Source: Spirochaetota bacterium (GTDB lineage: Bacteria > Spirochaetota > JAAYUW01 > JAOAHJ01). Taken from it: a stretch of 64,000 nucleotides of DNA. The DNA lies in the NCBI GenBank assembly GCA_026415295.1, contig JAOAHJ010000002.1, positions 7,509 through 71,508 on the forward strand, written 5' to 3'. The notes beneath the pieces are model-generated. The model worked only from the letters and a program-made list of their open reading frames with translations. It had not been told where the DNA came from and searched no databases. Shown here one piece after another: positions 60,097 through 64,000 of this stretch. The translations under genes were made by a program, and so were the position numbers. Numbering within the stretch: position 1 is the first letter of the stretch; each line of letters opens with the position of its first letter.

Positions 60097-61347
60097 TTAT
60101 TCTATCTCAAGTTTTACTGTATTTAATGCTTTTTTAACGCAATCAATAAGGTACTCTTTATCTTTATGAGCCCCAATTATACTTCCAGCTTTTGTTACAT
60201 TGTTATATGGAATAAATACTTTATCACCAATATTCCTATAAATTATAACATCTTTTATAGTAGGAATCATCTTAGCTTCATAAACACCTTTAATTTTTTT
60301 TAAGATTCCTTCTTTTTGGGGTAAAATACCCATTTCAAGAGACCATATATTCCATTTAGGACTTAAATCTGACGGTGGATTTCCTGTATGAACATCTATA
60401 ATATTTTTCATAAGATTAACACCTGTTGAATATGGGTAAGTATGGGTTGACATAAATCCACCTGATAATCTTGAAGCAAGCTCAGATACAAAACCTTTAG
60501 CTACTTTTTTACCATTTGGATCTATTATATATTTAGTAAAAATATCTCCTTTGGCAGCACCTATATCTATATCTACAGCTTTAATTCCATCTATAAAAGC
60601 TTTAACTCCAGCATCTATAAGCTCTTCATCTATATCTGCAGGCATAAGATGACCATGTTCAACAAAATATGGTGGTTCTTGAATATATCTTATAGCAACA
60701 CCTGTTATATTTACTTTTCTATCATAAATAATAGCATCAATAGATAATTCTAATGCATTACTAAATTCTTCAATCAATATTTTTCCATCTTTGCTTAAAT
60801 TAATAACCTCATCAAAAAGATCTTTTTTTGAAAGGACTTCATCATTTATAAAATAAACTCCTCTTGCACCCATTGAAGTTGATGGTTTAACAACTGCTCC
60901 ATTTGGAAAAAGCCTTTTATTTTTAATACCATCTATAATCTTATCAAATTCTTCTTTACTATTTGCTACTGTAAAATCTACCTGGTTTACCTTTTTTTCT
61001 TTTAGAAAATTTCTTAATTTAACTTTATTAGTAGTTATCAATGCTTTATCATAAGATATAGCATATAAATTTAACTTTTCAGCTATAGCTGAAACAGTCC
61101 TTGAAGCATCAGTCCCAACTGTTAAAACACCATAGATACTATATTTTTTAGAAAGATCATAAGCTAAATCTGAAGCTTTCTCCTCATCTAAAGTTGAACA
61201 AATAACTTTATTAACAAAGTTATAAGAAAAAGCAGGTGCTTTTTCATTATAATCAAAAACTATAGGTATAAAACCCATTTCATATGCTTGATTTATTACT
61301 GGAATTTGAAGAATCCCACCACCAATTATAATAATATACTTATCCAT
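60097..61347 (-). CDS. ATP-grasp domain enzyme (carboxylate-amine/thiol ligase type)
   Basis: ATP-grasp core (VVKPSTSMGARGVYFIND; EEFSNALELSIDAIIYD). 416 aa. Confidence 0.55.
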   Translation of the reverse strand: MDKYIIIIGGGILQIPVINQAYEMGFIPIVFDYNEKAPAFSYNFVNKVICSTLDEEKASDLAYDLSKKYSIYGVLTVGTDASRTVSAIAEKLNLYAISYDKALITTNKVKLRNFLKEKKVNQVDFTVANSKEEFDKIIDGIKNKRLFPNGAVVKPSTSMGARGVYFINDEVLSKKDLFDEVINLSKDGKILIEEFSNALELSIDAIIYDRKVNITGVAIRYIQEPPYFVEHGHLMPADIDEELIDAGVKAFIDGIKAVDIDIGAAKGDIFTKYIIDPNGKKVAKGFVSELASRLSGGFMSTHTYPYSTGVNLMKNIIDVHTGNPPSDLSPKWNIWSLEMGILPQKEGILKKIKGVYEAKMIPTIKDVIIYRNIGDKVFIPYNNVTKAGSIIGAHKDKEYLIDCVKKALNTVKLEIE

Positions 61348-61443
61348 ATTTTTATAAAATTATCCTTTTATTTTAATATTTGAAAAGTAAATTAATATTT
61401 TAAAAGTAAATTGAAAAATTATTATTAACAAATCTATTTTTAT

Positions 61444-62331
61444 TTATAAAGCAGCTAAAGCTAAAGCTATTGAATTTAATTTAGTTTGAGCATCATCAGC
61501 TCTAGAAAGTAAAATAATTGGTGCTTTTGATCCAACAATAACACCACCATTTTTAAATCCAGTTGCATAAATTATACCTTTTGCACACATATTTGCTGCT
61601 TCTATATTTGGTGCAACTATAATATCAGCTTCACCAGCAATCGGAGATTTTATCCCTTTCATTTCTGCTGCCTTTTTCGATATTGCATTATCAAAGCCAA
61701 AAGGCCCATCTATTAAACCACCTTTAATATCCCCTCTCTCAGCCATTTTTGCTATTATTGCTGCATCAATTGTAGATTGCATTTTGGAAGATGGGATCTC
61801 AACAGCAGAAACAAGAGCTATTTTAGGATTTTGAATACCAATTTTATTATAAAAATTTATAGCATTTTTAATAATAGAGATTTTTTCTTCTATTGTTGGC
61901 AAAATGTTTAAACCACCATCAGTAATACCAAGTAACCTGTTTTCCCACTCTATACAAGCTATATGAGAAAGAAAACCAGGTTCAACTCTCAAACCAAACT
62001 CCTTATCAAGAACCTTTTTAAGTAAAGTACCTGTAGGAACTGTGCCTTTCATTATAAGATCAACTTTATTGTCTCTAAAAAATTCACAAACTTTTTGAGC
62101 TTTTAAAGAATCATCTTTTTCATCAATTATTTCAAAATCTGATAAATCATAACCTAAATCTTTTATAACCTTTGATCCTTTTTCCTTATCTCCTACTAAA
62201 ACAAACTTTGCAATTTTACTATCAATAGCTTCTTTTGCAGCAATTATTACTTCATCTTTTTCACATCCTGCAATTGCAATAGTTTTTAAGTTAGTTGATT
62301 TTATTTTCTCAAATAGATCTTTAAAAACCAT
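61444..62331 (-). CDS. ptb: Phosphate butyryltransferase (phosphate acyltransferase Ptb family)
   Basis: Near-colinear similarity to clostridial Ptb as recalled from memory, not a database search (DFEII; LRVEPGFLSHIA; NPKIALVSAVE; RGDIKGGLIDGPFGFD; NGGVIVGSKAPIILLSRADDAQTKLNSIALA). Confidence 0.85.
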   Translation of the reverse strand: MVFKDLFEKIKSTNLKTIAIAGCEKDEVIIAAKEAIDSKIAKFVLVGDKEKGSKVIKDLGYDLSDFEIIDEKDDSLKAQKVCEFFRDNKVDLIMKGTVPTGTLLKKVLDKEFGLRVEPGFLSHIACIEWENRLLGITDGGLNILPTIEEKISIIKNAINFYNKIGIQNPKIALVSAVEIPSSKMQSTIDAAIIAKMAERGDIKGGLIDGPFGFDNAISKKAAEMKGIKSPIAGEADIIVAPNIEAANMCAKGIIYATGFKNGGVIVGSKAPIILLSRADDAQTKLNSIALALAAL

Positions 62332-62617
62332 AATAACTCCTTTAATTTATTACTAAAAAATAAAATAATTAACTAATTTAATTAAAATTAGTGTTAAATA
62401 AAAAATTAAGATTTATTAAAATAAAAAATTTATAAAAAATCAAAACTAAAAAATTATGTAAAAAATTAAAAATAAATTTCTTAGAAATATTAATTAATTT
62501 ATAAAAAAAATCAAAATTTAATTTTATAAGGTATTTTTACCGATAAAATTAAAAAAATTACAAAATTTGATAAATTAATTTTTTGAATTATTATATAGAA
62601 TAATAACAGGATATAAT

Positions 62618-64000
62618 ATGCTTGAATTTTTTAACTTTATAACTTTATCAAGAGGTGGCTATATAATAGATACTGGGGAAAATGGTTACATTCAGGTAGG
62701 ATCTCCTCCTGAAACCATTAAAGATTCTATGTTAATGGAGAAAGGGGTTCCTCAAATTTTTGTTATAACAAATAAAATGTTTGATTGGTTAAAAGGAATA
62801 AGTTTAGCAGAAATAGAATTTCCGATCTATTATAATTTTTTTATTAAAAAAAGAAAAACTATTATTATTTGTGAAGAATATCAAAAGGCAAGAATCTTAA
62901 AAGTACTTCAAGAAGCACTTTTTGGTCCAGAAAAGCTTGATATAAAATCAGATTATGAAATTAATTTTTCAAAATATCCACCACCTGATATTAGAAAAGA
63001 AATGAATTATTTTAGAAATAATCTTAAATTTGAAGATGTTTTAGAATTTGGGTTATTTGTAAATAATAAATATGTTTATAAAAACATAATTATAGAAAAA
63101 TATAATAATGAAGCTTTTAATTTTTATAAGGATGAAAAACTTTTTGCTAGAGTTCCAAGCAACATTAATTATCAAATTCAATATAAACTAGGAGAAAGAT
63201 TAAAAGAACCCTACATGCCCCCATTATTCGGGGTTACATGTCTTGGACCAAGTCATGGATTTGATCCAACAGAAAATACTTCTGGTTATATTATTTGGCT
63301 TAATCATAATGGAATAATGGTTGACCCACCAGTCAACTCAACCGAATGGCTTGAAGATTCAAATGTAAATCCAAAATTAATAGATTCTATAATACTTACT
63401 CACTGTCATGCTGACCATGATGCTGGAACATTTCAAAAAATTTTAAGAGAAGAAAAAGTAACAATTTATACAACAAAAACAGTAATCAATAGCTTTTTAA
63501 GAAAATATTCATCTTTAACAGGTTATAAAGAAGAGGATCTAGCAAAACTTTTTAATTTTTATGAGGTAAAGATTGGTATACCTTTCTTTATACATGCTGC
63601 AAGATTTGAAATGTTTTATACCCTTCATTCAATTCCAACTTTAGGTTTTAAAATAAACTTTCAAGATCAAACTTTTGTTTATTCTTCAGATCATAATAAT
63701 GACCCTACTTTACATAAAAAATTACTTGATGAAGGAATAATTACAAAAGAAAGATATGATGAACTTTCAAACTTTCCTTGGGATTGTAAAGTTATATATC
63801 ATGAAGCTGGTATACCCCCTCTTCATACACCAGTCAAATATTTAAATTCATTACCTGAAAAATTACAGAAAAAGATAGTTGTTTATCATATTGCGAAAAA
63901 AGATTTTCCTCAGGAAACAAAGCTTACTTTAGCTAAATTTGGTATAGAAAATACTTTAACTTTTCCAACTACTCCTCCAGAATTTGAAAAATACTACACT
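62618..64000 (+). CDS. MBL-fold metallo-hydrolase with N-terminal extra domain (3' partial, runs off window end)
   Basis: Frame open from ATG 62618 to window end (461 codons). LTHCHADHDAG HxHxDH motif. Not in ORF track because edge-truncated. Confidence 0.55.
   Translation, partial: MLEFFNFITLSRGGYIIDTGENGYIQVGSPPETIKDSMLMEKGVPQIFVITNKMFDWLKGISLAEIEFPIYYNFFIKKRKTIIICEEYQKARILKVLQEALFGPEKLDIKSDYEINFSKYPPPDIRKEMNYFRNNLKFEDVLEFGLFVNNKYVYKNIIIEKYNNEAFNFYKDEKLFARVPSNINYQIQYKLGERLKEPYMPPLFGVTCLGPSHGFDPTENTSGYIIWLNHNGIMVDPPVNSTEWLEDSNVNPKLIDSIILTHCHADHDAGTFQKILREEKVTIYTTKTVINSFLRKYSSLTGYKEEDLAKLFNFYEVKIGIPFFIHAARFEMFYTLHSIPTLGFKINFQDQTFVYSSDHNNDPTLHKKLLDEGIITKERYDELSNFPWDCKVIYHEAGIPPLHTPVKYLNSLPEKLQKKIVVYHIAKKDFPQETKLTLAKFGIENTLTFPTTPPEFEKYYT

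Noticed and set aside
1-64000. Alternative genetic code (UGA=Trp, as in other very AT-rich lineages)
   Set aside because: Conserved Trp positions (e.g. serS YYRWG, ftsW) are encoded by TGG and the long ORFs terminate cleanly, so the standard code 11 fits.

Overview
This is a bacterial chromosomal segment with extremely low GC, roughly 25% by eye. It uses the standard genetic code: conserved Trp is TGG and the ORFs are long. Gene density is high and genes are mostly in tightly packed, often overlapping operons. Recognisable content: a partial TPR-like membrane protein and a ROK kinase carrying a large insertion. Then ttcA and a MrfA/Lhr-like DExH helicase with a C-terminal 4-Cys DUF1998 ribbon, which overlaps a DUF342/FapA-like gene. 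Adenosine deaminase, serS, comEA and a polar amino-acid ABC transporter follow, the transporter split by an internal terminator. After a thioredoxin plus CcdA pair sits a solitary tRNA-Leu(GAG), then an AI-2E transporter and hsp20 convergent with pepT. Next is a dtd-def-fmt block followed by a stand-alone PASTA protein and rpe. Further genes are an HI0933 flavoprotein, an orphan EIIA(Ntr)-like protein, CapA, upp and pepD. A compact division/cell-wall cluster runs mraZ-rsmH-ftsL-murE-murF-ftsW-ftsQ-ftsA-ftsZ. It lacks ftsI, mraY, murD, murG, murC, murB and ddl, and ends with a B12-binding radical SAM gene. After uppP comes an ~800 bp stretch that looks like a decayed pseudogene. Then follow an MBL hydrolase with a poly-Asn insert, a zinc-ribbon methyltransferase, a TPR protein, a TPR-NHL-vWA protein, and a divergent 5x PEGA protein followed by a pentanucleotide microsatellite and a terminator. 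A PHP histidinol-phosphatase and L-serine dehydratase are followed by a long minus-strand run: hypothetical, NapH/CcoG-like polyferredoxin, DsbD_2-like membrane protein, secreted hypothetical, 7TM-LuxR regulator, ATP-grasp enzyme and ptb with no buk. The window ends in a partial MBL-fold gene. No CRISPR array, intact IS element, integrase or rRNA was seen. The peptidases, serine dehydratase, ptb and adenosine deaminase suggest an anaerobic peptide and amino-acid fermenter. All functional calls rest on motifs read by eye from the translations and still need HMM/BLAST confirmation.
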